64,000 bases of DNA from Cenarchaeum sp. (lineage in GTDB: Archaea > Thermoproteota > Nitrososphaeria > Nitrososphaerales > Nitrosopumilaceae). Positions within the stretch are counted from its first letter, which is position 1; every line of letters begins with the position of its first letter. The stretch is from contig OY843584.1 of the NCBI GenBank assembly GCA_963692915.1, positions 1-64,000 of the forward strand. Direction: 5' to 3'. The notes beneath the pieces are model-generated. The model had not been told where the DNA came from, made no database searches, and was given only the letters and a program-made list of their open reading frames with translations. A program made the translations under genes and the position numbers. Shown piece by piece: positions 29,068 through 38,821 of this stretch.

Positions 29068-30987
29068 ATGGCGGCGCTAGAGAGTCCAAAAGAGGTGTCC
29101 ACGGTTGACGCTTGGGTCGAGGAGCTCAAGTGGTGCAAGGGCGCGCACTTTGATGATTTTGAGGATTCTGACAGGGACAGGATTGTGGGCGATCTAGAAC
29201 ATATTGCACGCGTCGCAGACAAAGGATCATCTGACAGTCTTGGTGCTGCTAGTGCTGCACTTGGTGGCATGCTTGGACACTTTGAGAGTGACATGGTGTG
29301 TGCGGATATTTTGGATCTCGCGCTAGACAGGGTATACGTCACTCCTGACCACTATGGTGTGCTCAAGGGACTATTTGCGGGAATGGATATCGAGAACAAG
29401 AAAATCGACGAGCCCGCATACATTGCACTTGACATGGTTCGCGTGACTCTACGGTATATGCGCCTGCGCGAGGGCACGTTGCGTCATGCAAGAGCGACGA
29501 TACTTGGAGTGTGCTATGACGTGCTTGTCCGTGTGGCGCGTCGCAACGGGCTCGACAGACTGGTTAGGATGATGAGCGGCAAGGATGCACGCGAGGCGTT
29601 CTGTGGCAAACAGGCCACTATCGCTGACATGGCAAGGCTGCGAATCGCAGTGTATGACAGGCGCAACATTCCGACAGACGCCGAGCTGCGCAAGGTTCTT
29701 GCAAGGTATCCCGGACTCAAAGGACTTCTTGGGGAAGAAGCCGTGATGCGCTCAAAGGGGGCGATTCCGCAACTCATCCTTCACATGTCTCTACAGCACC
29801 TCCTTGCCAATGAGGACTATGAGTCAATCTATACCGTGGTCTATGAGAGCAACATCCGCCTGTCCCACTGGATTGACAGGATTTACCGCCAGCATGGCAT
29901 GATTTACGAAGGCCTCTCACTCGGGAATCCGGCCGGCTTTGCGCTACAAAAGCAGTCCATTGAATGGTTGCACCTGCAGGTCTCTGTGCGTTATCTCGTC
30001 CTGGAGCTCTGGAACTTTACGACGCTCTATGGAAAAGTGAGGCGTGTTATGCAGGGTCTTGAGCTGGACTACCCTGACAAGCTCTGGCAGATACTCGACT
30101 CGCTAAAGGATCTAAAACCCCTGATCAAGACCCTGCGTAACGAGTTTAGCGCGCATCCTGAATTGACATTTAGCAAGGCTGCCGACAGGATCAACTATAT
30201 CGGACTAGACAGTCTCGTGTACTGTGCGCGGGCTACACTGATGTTTCAGGATGCCGTGTTTAGGACGATCCCGCACAGATACCACAAGGTTGGATCATTG
30301 AGGAGTGATCCCGTTCCAGTATCTCTTGCGCTGGGAACCCCTGCAGACAAGAAGGCCTTGCGCAAACAGTATGACGAGGCAAGCCTGTCCGTTGACACGG
30401 AAAAGAACCTGCAAAACTATGAGGCTCTTTATGCGTCATATGCATCCCTGTTGATGCTGCACGCAAATTTTGCCGAGCTTGCCGGCATGGACGATGATGA
30501 CGATCTTGACGCATACCTGCTATTCACCAAGGAGGTCTATGGCATCAAGTACATGATACTCGAGATATGCAGCTTTATCCACACATTCAAGCAAATGGGG
30601 ATTGACCTGCCATTTACACCGGGATTTCTCTCGCGCGAAAAGCAATACCTCCGCATCAGGGACAACTATTCGGCGCACCGACGACCCAACAAGATAAGGG
30701 ATATGGGCACACTACTCGAAAAAAATCGCGACCTCTTGTCCAATATGGCTCATGACATACAGGAGATCGACGTTCTAGCAGAGCTCCTAGAACGCAAATT
30801 TTCGAACATAGAGATCAGAGAAATCAGGCCGATGAACAATGCAGAGATGGACAACATTGAGCGCGACCTCGAGTCACTGCGCCGTGAGTCACACGCGTCT
30901 TGTGGCAACAGGTTTGTCAACGCGGCAAGTGTGGGAGCACAGCGTGAAGCGCGGGCAGCACTGCGGCGTACTTTGAGGGCACAATGA
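29068..30987 (+). CDS. Large helical protein with two duplicated HEPN-like domains
   Basis: LRNEFSAH and IRDNYSAH, each preceded by a YxxLExxxF helix. TTAATAT about 30 nt upstream of ATG 29068. Confidence 0.7.
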   Translation: MAALESPKEVSTVDAWVEELKWCKGAHFDDFEDSDRDRIVGDLEHIARVADKGSSDSLGAASAALGGMLGHFESDMVCADILDLALDRVYVTPDHYGVLKGLFAGMDIENKKIDEPAYIALDMVRVTLRYMRLREGTLRHARATILGVCYDVLVRVARRNGLDRLVRMMSGKDAREAFCGKQATIADMARLRIAVYDRRNIPTDAELRKVLARYPGLKGLLGEEAVMRSKGAIPQLILHMSLQHLLANEDYESIYTVVYESNIRLSHWIDRIYRQHGMIYEGLSLGNPAGFALQKQSIEWLHLQVSVRYLVLELWNFTTLYGKVRRVMQGLELDYPDKLWQILDSLKDLKPLIKTLRNEFSAHPELTFSKAADRINYIGLDSLVYCARATLMFQDAVFRTIPHRYHKVGSLRSDPVPVSLALGTPADKKALRKQYDEASLSVDTEKNLQNYEALYASYASLLMLHANFAELAGMDDDDDLDAYLLFTKEVYGIKYMILEICSFIHTFKQMGIDLPFTPGFLSREKQYLRIRDNYSAHRRPNKIRDMGTLLEKNRDLLSNMAHDIQEIDVLAELLERKFSNIEIREIRPMNNAEMDNIERDLESLRRESHASCGNRFVNAASVGAQREARAALRRTLRAQ

Positions 30988-31030
30988 CGCCAACTGTTGC
31001 GAACCCAGAGATGTCGGAGACGCGGCCTGC

Positions 31031-31693
31031 ATGAGAAATGACGGCTCGAGCATAGTTGGCGCGGCGCCTGACTACCTCCGCCTCGCCGAGGAGGCAATAT
31101 CGGAGATCGGTGCGTCCTCATGCCCGCAGGCATGGAAGGACAGCCTCCTCCATGGCGACTATGGTGATGCGCTCTCTAGGATGCGCCTCTATGCGCAGTT
31201 TCTCGGCGCCGGCCGCGCGCTACTGCCGTCACAGTGTCCGGAAGATCGTGGGGCAGACGCCTTTGACTTTCGGATCGAGGCCGGTGGCGAGGCGTGCTGG
31301 GTTGCCGCCTGCACGCTAGAGAACGAGCTGCGCCTCCTCACGGACAACGGGCGAAGCGTAATGATCCATGGCTCAGACGACTATGGCAAACAGTCCGCCG
31401 CGATCACATCCGAGAGCATAGTCGGACTGGCTCACGCGCGCCTCAGCCCTATCACGGTGCGCGACGCGCAGGCCGTTTTGGCCATCGCCGACCCGATGGA
31501 CATGGTCGGCGATTATGGCGGGCTGGATACGGCAATGGCAGAGATCTCCGACGAGGCCGGCTGGCTGTCTGCTGTGGTCCTGGTTCATGCCGGCTCGTGC
31601 GACATACGCGACGTGCGGGGCACGACAAACCCGCTCTCTACGCCGATTCGCGGCATGATCATGGCCGCCTGTGGAACTCCCACTGCGTGCTGA
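31031..31693 (+). CDS. Hypothetical protein, degenerate PD-(D/E)xK nuclease-like
   Basis: AFDFRIEAGGEACWVAAC resembles PDF..i..g...vE.K but lacks the catalytic E and K. Confidence 0.5.
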   Translation: MRNDGSSIVGAAPDYLRLAEEAISEIGASSCPQAWKDSLLHGDYGDALSRMRLYAQFLGAGRALLPSQCPEDRGADAFDFRIEAGGEACWVAACTLENELRLLTDNGRSVMIHGSDDYGKQSAAITSESIVGLAHARLSPITVRDAQAVLAIADPMDMVGDYGGLDTAMAEISDEAGWLSAVVLVHAGSCDIRDVRGTTNPLSTPIRGMIMAACGTPTAC

Positions 31694-31830
31694 TGGCGTG
31701 GCGAGTGCGTGACTTGGGCACCTCGTGCTCTTACGACTCGCGCCTGGGTCATTCACAGTTCTGGTGGGTATAGGGATCTGCTCAAAACCGCGATCCTGAA
31801 ACAACTCGCGCCGGTTCCTGCCTAGTCGCC

Positions 31831-32613
31831 TCACGCAACAACTTTTACTGCCACGCGCCGTTTTGCTTTGGGGGCAGCGACAATTCGCATCCTTGGATAC
31901 TCGTTATACGTTATCTTTCCTATCTTGCGCCCGCCGGCCTTTGGATAGCGGCCGCCCCACTGCTTAAAGAACACCTTTACGCGCTGTCTCTTGCACTGCC
32001 TTATGAGGTCAACGACCCACTCCTTCTCGACCTTTCTGTAATTGTGCCCGCTCTCGCCGCCAATTATCGCCCAGTCTATGCCCTCCAGGTTCACCCCGTC
32101 TATTGGGCCGAGGAGAGGCTCAAAGCTGACAAACCTCATCTCACACCTTACCTCCCTGAGCCTGTCTATGCGGTTCGTCGTCAAGTTGTTCTCCACGCTG
32201 GTTCCCATCCAGATGTGCTGCGGTATGTCGTGCCCGTAGCGTCTTGCAAACTCGTTAGAGAACACCCTCATTCTCTTTGGGCGCTTTGTGAGCACCTGGT
32301 AGATGTGCCAGTCGGCACTTACCATCACATCAAAGCACCTCTTGACAAACTCCCGTGTAGAGTCCTCGTGGAACAGGTCTGACATTGAATTGACAAAGAT
32401 CTTTTTGGGCTTTTTCCATGACAGCGGCAGGTCGACCTCGCCAGCATGTTCGGTGAACTCAAAGCCGTTCTGGTATTTTGCGACTCCCATGGCCTTTAGG
32501 CGTGCTGAGAGTTTTTCGGCATAGCAGTTCTTGCATCCGGAGGAGACCTTGCTGCACCCCGTAGACGGGTTCCACGTCGCCTCGGTCCACTCTATGGCAG
32601 AGTTTGTAGCCAT
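31831..32613 (-). CDS. DUF5131 (phage Gp37/Gp68) family protein
   Basis: IEWTEATWNPSTGCSKVSSGCKNCYA three-Cys motif, FVNSMSDLFH, SFEPLL, IIGGESG, FFKQWGG. Confidence 0.93.
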   Translation of the reverse strand: MATNSAIEWTEATWNPSTGCSKVSSGCKNCYAEKLSARLKAMGVAKYQNGFEFTEHAGEVDLPLSWKKPKKIFVNSMSDLFHEDSTREFVKRCFDVMVSADWHIYQVLTKRPKRMRVFSNEFARRYGHDIPQHIWMGTSVENNLTTNRIDRLREVRCEMRFVSFEPLLGPIDGVNLEGIDWAIIGGESGHNYRKVEKEWVVDLIRQCKRQRVKVFFKQWGGRYPKAGGRKIGKITYNEYPRMRIVAAPKAKRRVAVKVVA

Positions 32614-32825
32614 GTAATGGCGTTATTGTGGACGAATGTATAAAACATTATCGTGACGTGACCACGCCACATAACCTGATTCTAGGCGCACCGTCTTCAA
32701 GTACCCCATCTGGGATCGTCACACGTCCGGACATAGCTATGAAACAAGATCTATAACACACTGGCAATAACGGGAATACTCGTAAATCAATAAATAAGGT
32801 GTACTAAATTGGTTGATTTATCAAT

Positions 32826-33935
32826 TTGACTGGGCACTTTGATATCAAACCTCATGTTGCGGCAAAGCATGCCATACTCGAACAATACCTAAAACGTTGG
32901 TTCCCAATTTTGCGTAGGGGAAAAACTCTTGCTTATATTGACGGCTTTGCAGGACCGGGTATCTATTCTAAGAACGAACGTGGATCTCCTATAATAGCTT
33001 TAGAAACAGCTAATCGATACACAAATCCACAATCGCTAAACGCTCACTTTTGGTTTATCGAAGAAAATAAAAAACATGTTGCTAAACTAGAACACCAAAT
33101 CAAAAAACTTAATTTAAACAAAGGCATCCACATAAATGACATCAAAAATTCAATTTTTGAAAAAGAGTTCCCCACAATCGTTGATTCTCTCAAAACCACA
33201 TATGGTATGCCTCCAACTTTTGTTTTTGCTGATCCGTGGGGATATTCCTATGTCAAAATGTGTGATATAGTTAATTTTTTACAAAATCCCAAATGTGAGG
33301 TCCTACTCACTTTTATGTCTGGTCCGCTTACACGGTTTAGTGGCCTTCCAGGAGAAGTTCGGCAACAAAAACTAAATGCTCTGTTTGGAACATCAAATTG
33401 GAAACAATCTGACAAGCTCAAAGGTGATGAGAAAACAAAATTCTTTTTAAACCTTTACATCTCCCAACTCCGTCATAACAATATTAAATTTGTTCATACA
33501 TTTGAATTGTGCGATGAACGTAATTGCACAATTTATCATCTTATTTTTGCCACAAATCATGAAACGGGACTTGAAACTATGAAAAAAGCTATGGTTTGTG
33601 TTGACCCTAAATTCACATTTCGGGTTTCTGATGCGATTGATCCGTCTCAAACCTTTATGTTCAAATATTCGAATAAACATGAATGGTATAAGTACGCCGC
33701 TGTGCTTATTTTCCAACATTTTCATGATCAGACTGTGCCAATGTATCAAATTAAACGATATGTTTTAACAGAAACACCTTATATCTATCATCGAGGAATA
33801 CTCAGCCTAATGAAAAAATCTGGTCAAATTATTAGTATAGATCCATTGCAAACAGACAAGCACGTGCATAATAATTTGAAATATAATGTGCGATTTTCCT
33901 CCAAAAAAATTCCCCTTCAAACCCGTTTGTTTTAG
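32826..33935 (+). CDS. tcmP: Three-Cys-motif partner protein TcmP (SAM-methyltransferase-like)
   Basis: KHAILEQYLKRW, YIDGFAGPG, GSP, FADPWG, YHLIFATNH..G...MK. Adjacent to DUF5131; AT-rich. Confidence 0.88.
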   Translation: MTGHFDIKPHVAAKHAILEQYLKRWFPILRRGKTLAYIDGFAGPGIYSKNERGSPIIALETANRYTNPQSLNAHFWFIEENKKHVAKLEHQIKKLNLNKGIHINDIKNSIFEKEFPTIVDSLKTTYGMPPTFVFADPWGYSYVKMCDIVNFLQNPKCEVLLTFMSGPLTRFSGLPGEVRQQKLNALFGTSNWKQSDKLKGDEKTKFFLNLYISQLRHNNIKFVHTFELCDERNCTIYHLIFATNHETGLETMKKAMVCVDPKFTFRVSDAIDPSQTFMFKYSNKHEWYKYAAVLIFQHFHDQTVPMYQIKRYVLTETPYIYHRGILSLMKKSGQIISIDPLQTDKHVHNNLKYNVRFSSKKIPLQTRLF

Positions 33936-34282
33936 AAGCGGTGATGCCGTGATTATTTTTCACGTTGTCCTCTGCAACTTTTGGCTTTTAATTCGTGTGA
34001 GGCTGAACTCTGGACTTGTGCATTATCTCACTAGACACATATGGGGGTTGGTATCAGAGTCGTATGCGTGCCTCCCACGTTCCTACGCGTGGTTCCCCAC
34101 GTCGGGAAGTGTTCGTGTACTAGATTGCCTTCGCGTTCACGTCAGCGCAATCGGTTCTATGTCTAACAAGCATCCTGCCAGGTCTATTGTTCGTACACGC
34201 CATTGTCTTCTAAAAACCCTTTCATGAATAGTCCTACGGCGCACAACTTAAAGCGCACCGTCTCGCGCGCGAGGCTAGCGCA

Positions 34283-34753
34283 TTGGCAGCCCCAGAGCAC
34301 TCTAGAAACATCGTGGTCGCACTCGCGACGCTCCCGGAGTTTTTGCGCCGGTCCATGCTCACGCGCCGCCTCGCCGAGTTTTACTCTATGCCGCCTGATG
34401 ACCAGCGCGAGATAATCGAAGGCGCACTCGCCGCGGCCCCGACTATTCCATTTGATGACCTGGCTCGACTGTTGCGAACATGGCTCATCGCCGTCTGCGC
34501 GCTGCCCGAGGATAGGCGACACCACATGCTCACCACATATGCGGCGGCCATCTGCGCCAGGCCCGAGCGCCTCGCAGCACTGCACCTGGACGGCATGCTC
34601 GAGGTGCTCCTCTCACTAGATGATGCCCAGCGCGAGATCATTGCACACTCGGCCGGCCAGGCACTGGCGTCCAGCGGCGAGTCCTGCCGCGCAGTCCTGG
34701 CATTGCTAATACCGCACAATGCGCGCCCCCACGTCGGGATGCGCAGCAACTAG
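34283..34753 (+). CDS. Conserved thaumarchaeal hypothetical protein
   Basis: 156-aa helical ORF (LATLPEFLRRSML..RLAEF) with TTG start and genome-typical codon use. Confidence 0.65.
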   Translation: MAAPEHSRNIVVALATLPEFLRRSMLTRRLAEFYSMPPDDQREIIEGALAAAPTIPFDDLARLLRTWLIAVCALPEDRRHHMLTTYAAAICARPERLAALHLDGMLEVLLSLDDAQREIIAHSAGQALASSGESCRAVLALLIPHNARPHVGMRSN

Positions 34754-34771
34754 TGTAACCCGTGTGCCAAT

Positions 34772-35050
34772 CTAGGCGTCCGGATTGCGGTTCTTTTCGT
34801 CGGTCAGGTTGACCATGCCGCCCTCGGGCGCCAGGACACCGAGGAAGACCTTTTCGTTCTTGCGCACGAGTTTGCGGTGGTCAGGCATCGACATGTCAAG
34901 CCTCATCTCGTTCATCAGCATGACCCTGTACTCCTTCCACTCTGCCCAGCATTTGGCGCAGCACGGGTATTTCGCGGCGCCCTCCTCGAGGGCTGCCACG
35001 TCGGCTATCTCGGCCTTGCACTTTGTGCATATTGTGCCCATGTGTGTCAT
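34772..35050 (-). CDS. YggX-like Fe(II)-trafficking / Fe-S protection protein
   Basis: CWAEWKEYRVMLMNEMRLDMSMPDHR matches the YggX CW.EW.....liNE.rL pattern. Confidence 0.7.
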   Translation of the reverse strand: MTHMGTICTKCKAEIADVAALEEGAAKYPCCAKCWAEWKEYRVMLMNEMRLDMSMPDHRKLVRKNEKVFLGVLAPEGGMVNLTDEKNRNPDA

Positions 35051-35166
35051 GCGCGCCCCTGTGTGGCACATTTATCTCTTGGCGGCAGGGGGCAGGATCG
35101 TGCCCGCCTGCGACTAGTCTGTGGCAGCCCTAGTCGACTAGACGGCCGACTTGGGGCACTCTGAGA

Positions 35167-35251
35167 TGTCCTGGGGGGTCGACCTCGCCGGGCGTGTCCT
35201 GGGGGGTCGATCCCGCCGAGCGTGCCCTCGGGGGACCGGGACCGGCCGAGC
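35167..35251. repeat. 28-bp GC-rich imperfect tandem repeat, ~3 copies, intergenic
   Basis: TGTCCTGGGGGGTCGA at 35167 and 35195, with a degenerate copy at 35223. Confidence 0.7.
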
Positions 35252-35258
35252 CGGCGCC

Positions 35259-36131
35259 CTAGCGCACAAACCTGACTGTGTTTCTGAGCGTGCCAAGACC
35301 GGATATGGCCGACTCTACAATATCGCCGTCAACGAGGTACTCGACATCCTTGATGTCAAGTGCCGTGCCGCCCGGCGTGCCGGTGGACAGGATGTCGCCA
35401 CGCTCTAGTGTCATCGAGCGACTGAGCTCCGATATGAGGCGTTCCGGCCCAAGTGTCATCTCGCCGGCCAGGGCGTCCTGGCGCGCCTCGCCGTTGATGC
35501 GCGTCGTTATGCGCAGGTCGCGCGAGTCGGCAATCTCGTCGCGCGTGGTTATCCAGGGCCCGCACGGCGCAAACGTGTCAAACCCCTTTGCCCTCGTGAA
35601 CTGCCCGTCGCCAAACTGGATATCCCGCGCCGAGACGTCATTTAGGACCATATAGCCAAATATCGACCCTGCGGCCTCCTCGAGGCTCGCGCACTTTGTG
35701 CGCCGCCCGACAATTACTGCAAGCTCGGTCTCATAGTCTAGCTCGCGCACGAACGACGGGCACACAATGTCCGAGTTCGCGCCGCCCAGCGCAGTTGCGG
35801 GCTTTATGACGACGACGGGTCGCGCACGAGAGGCTCCCGTGTCATGGCCTGAGGCGTGGTTCCCATAGTTGAACGCCGAGCAGAGTATCTTTGGCGGCGC
35901 CGGTATCGGCGCGAGGAGCTCACAGTCAGACACTGCATGCGTATACTCGAGTGAGCCGACTGTGCCCTTGAGCTCATCGACCCATCCCCCAAAGAGAAAC
36001 TCTGTCACGCTAGCCGGCACGGGAATGCCAGTCTGCGTCCTGATATCCTCCATCGTCGCAACTGCGTCACCTGAGACGATCGCATACGTCTCGGCCCCGC
36101 CAACCACTAGCCTTGCAACCCTCACTCCCAT
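35259..36131 (-). CDS. Fumarylacetoacetate hydrolase family protein
   Basis: LDYETEL, NDVSARDIQ, KGFDTFAPCGP, GDILSTGTPGG. Confidence 0.92.
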   Translation of the reverse strand: MGVRVARLVVGGAETYAIVSGDAVATMEDIRTQTGIPVPASVTEFLFGGWVDELKGTVGSLEYTHAVSDCELLAPIPAPPKILCSAFNYGNHASGHDTGASRARPVVVIKPATALGGANSDIVCPSFVRELDYETELAVIVGRRTKCASLEEAAGSIFGYMVLNDVSARDIQFGDGQFTRAKGFDTFAPCGPWITTRDEIADSRDLRITTRINGEARQDALAGEMTLGPERLISELSRSMTLERGDILSTGTPGGTALDIKDVEYLVDGDIVESAISGLGTLRNTVRFVR

Positions 36132-37838
36132 TCACCTGTGCGCAAATATCGCCTGCGACCTCGCGTCCTTTCTGCAATAGCCATACCTGACAAACTGGAC
36201 AGTCTCGCCCTCATCAAGGCTTGCCCAGCGGGCCTCGACTGCGCCGGACTCCTCGGTGAGGCTCTCGGCATTGTATGCGCCGTCCTTGAAGAGCGGGCCG
36301 GGAACTGCTATCGATATGCCAATCGCGCCGGCCTTTGGAACCCACTGGATCTTGGGATTGCCGGCCCCAATGTCATCATCGACATATGTGCCGCGCAGGG
36401 CGCCGCCCTCGCGCCTCACGCCAATGTTGCCCAGGCCGATCAGCCAGAGCGGGCCGGCACCCTCGCCGAGGTCATCGCCGCCCAGCAGGAGCGTCCCGTC
36501 CCCGAGGCTGACGGTTCGCTCGCCGAGCTCGGCAGTCGGATGGTTGCGCAGGGTCACCTTGTCAGACGGCAGGCCGTCCACGCGGACCTCTTGCGCATTG
36601 CGGACCATGTGGAGCCGTGGGCACGAGGGGTCGATCTCTGTCCTGTTTATGGCCTCAAGTGAGCCAAAGGGCGCCATCGTGTCGGCCTTTGTGAATCCCA
36701 GGGAGAGGACAAACCCCCTGATGGCTGATGGCACTATGCCGCGCCGGCGCATGGCCTCAAGCGTGGGCAGGCGCGGGTCATCATACCACGAGACGGCCCC
36801 TCCCTCGATGAGCGGCTTGATGGCCCTCTTGGAGACTGGCATGCCGTCGAACTCTAGGCGGGAGAACACGGCCATCTCGGGCCGGCGCATGCCAAGCGCG
36901 CCGAGGAGCGACGCATAGAGCTCGCCGCGCAGCTCGTACTCTTTTGAGCGAAACGCGTGCGTCACGCCATCAAGGCTGTCCTCGACGGCGACGGCAAAGT
37001 CATAGCTGGGCCACACCCTGTGTGCGGCGCCAAGTATGGGATGGCGCGCGTCAATTATGCGAAAGAGCGCCGGATCGCGCATCGTCGTGTTTGCCGATGC
37101 CATGTCGCCGCGAAACCTCACTATTGCCTCGCCCGCATGGTATGACGAGAACATCTTTTCCCAGCGCTCAGCGTGGTCGGCCGCATCGCGGCTGCTGCAC
37201 GCGCACGCCCTCATCTCGCGCCGGCCCTTTGAGATGTCGTCCTTTTTGCACGTGCACACGTACGCCCCTCTTGACTCTATGAGCGCACGACCCTTCGAGT
37301 GGAGCTCGTCAATGTCATCTGACGTGTTCTTTTTGCGCGCAAACTCTATGCCGAGCCACTCGAGGCCGACGTTTATGGCCGCATAGTACTCGAGGCGCTC
37401 GGACTCGGGGTTTGTGTCATCCATGCGCAGTATGCACGACCCGCCGTACATCTTTGCATACTCGTCGTTTATTATCGCCGCCTTTGCGTGGCCGATGTGC
37501 GGATATCCGTTTGGCTCGGGCGGAAATCGCGTGATGACCCCACCCTGCACGGCGTCGACGAGCGGCGGGAGCGCGCCCCTCTCGGGCTTGCTCTGTTCGG
37601 GCTCCTCGAGGCGCTCGGCGTGCGAGGACTCTAGCTCTGCCCGCCGCGCTGACTCGGGCATCGCGTTGACCTCGTCGACTATGGCCTTTAGGGAGACGGA
37701 GACCTCGCCGGCCCGCGCGCGCAGCTCGGGCACCTCGCCGAGGAGCTTTGACATGACTATGCCGACCTTGGTCTCGCCGTGCTCTAGGGCGTTCTGCAGC
37801 GCAATCCCGCGCGCACGCCGCTCGGCCTCGCCGTCCAT
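36132..37838 (-). CDS. gltX: Glutamate--tRNA ligase
   Basis: RFPPEPNGYPHIGHAK, RMDDTNP, DDPRLPT. Confidence 0.95.
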   Translation of the reverse strand: MDGEAERRARGIALQNALEHGETKVGIVMSKLLGEVPELRARAGEVSVSLKAIVDEVNAMPESARRAELESSHAERLEEPEQSKPERGALPPLVDAVQGGVITRFPPEPNGYPHIGHAKAAIINDEYAKMYGGSCILRMDDTNPESERLEYYAAINVGLEWLGIEFARKKNTSDDIDELHSKGRALIESRGAYVCTCKKDDISKGRREMRACACSSRDAADHAERWEKMFSSYHAGEAIVRFRGDMASANTTMRDPALFRIIDARHPILGAAHRVWPSYDFAVAVEDSLDGVTHAFRSKEYELRGELYASLLGALGMRRPEMAVFSRLEFDGMPVSKRAIKPLIEGGAVSWYDDPRLPTLEAMRRRGIVPSAIRGFVLSLGFTKADTMAPFGSLEAINRTEIDPSCPRLHMVRNAQEVRVDGLPSDKVTLRNHPTAELGERTVSLGDGTLLLGGDDLGEGAGPLWLIGLGNIGVRREGGALRGTYVDDDIGAGNPKIQWVPKAGAIGISIAVPGPLFKDGAYNAESLTEESGAVEARWASLDEGETVQFVRYGYCRKDARSQAIFAHR

Positions 37839-38821
37839 CACGAGCTCCTCTCTACGATGCGCTCGATTAGGGTCACCATGCCCCTGGCAGCCGGCGTGTC
37901 CGCATATGGGCGCAGCGCGGCCCTGGCAGCCGCGGCGTGCCTGGAGGCGACCCTGCGCGCTGCTGACTCTGCGCCAGAATCCCTCATTGCCTCTACGGCG
38001 CGCGCAAGGGAGGCGCGGCTCGCGCGCGCATTGCCAAAGCACGCGCGTATTGCGCGCGCGTCTGACCCGCTCGCGGCCCGCAGGGCAAGGAGTATGGGGA
38101 GTGACTTTTTGCCCTCGCGCAAGTCGTTTCCGACCGGCTTTTTGGAGACGCCGGGATCGCCCATCGCGCCAATAATGTCATCTGTTATCTGGAACGCGAC
38201 TCCGAGGCTGCGCCCAAACTTTGAGACGTTCCTCTCATCGCGCGCACTCGCGCGCGCCGATATCGCGCCCATCGCGCATGCGGCCTCAAAGAGGGCCGAT
38301 GTCTTTTTCTCCACCATCGTGATGTACTCTGCCCTAGTCGGAATTCCCCTGCGCGCTGCCATCTCAATGTCCATCATCTGCCCCTCGCATACCCTGACGC
38401 ACGCCGGCGCGAGCGCACCGAGCAGGCGCGACTTTGTCTGCGCATCGCGCACCGAGGACGCAATGTGCGCAAACGCGCCGGAAAAGAGCACGTCACCGGC
38501 AAGTATGGCAACTGGCATGCCAAACTTTTTGTGGACGGTTTTCACGCCGTGCCGCATCGCGTCATTGTCCATAATGTCATCGTGGAGGAGCGTAAAGTTG
38601 TGAACCATCTCTATTGCGGCAGCCGCTGCCATCGCGCCGGCTCGAGTTCCACCGAGCATCTCGCAGCACTGGATCGTGAGGTGTGCCCTGAGCCTCTTGC
38701 CGCCGCTGGCGATTAGGTGGTGCGCAGCCTCGTAGAGGACGGGCGGTCGCCCGCGTGACTGCGCGCCCAGGCGCGCGTTGACCAGTGAGGCATCGCGCGC
38801 CAGTGCGCCAGGCCGGCTCAT
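37838..38821 (-). CDS. Polyprenyl (geranylgeranyl) diphosphate synthase
   Basis: GGKRLR, LLHDDIMD..RHG, FQITDD, DLREGKKS. Confidence 0.93.
   Translation of the reverse strand: MSRPGALARDASLVNARLGAQSRGRPPVLYEAAHHLIASGGKRLRAHLTIQCCEMLGGTRAGAMAAAAAIEMVHNFTLLHDDIMDNDAMRHGVKTVHKKFGMPVAILAGDVLFSGAFAHIASSVRDAQTKSRLLGALAPACVRVCEGQMMDIEMAARRGIPTRAEYITMVEKKTSALFEAACAMGAISARASARDERNVSKFGRSLGVAFQITDDIIGAMGDPGVSKKPVGNDLREGKKSLPILLALRAASGSDARAIRACFGNARASRASLARAVEAMRDSGAESAARRVASRHAAAARAALRPYADTPAARGMVTLIERIVERSS

Noticed and set aside
29068-30987. Calling the dual-HEPN protein Cas13
   Set aside because: No CRISPR array or cas1/cas2 in the window. The two motifs are only 174 aa apart in a visible internal duplication, unlike the Cas13 layout.
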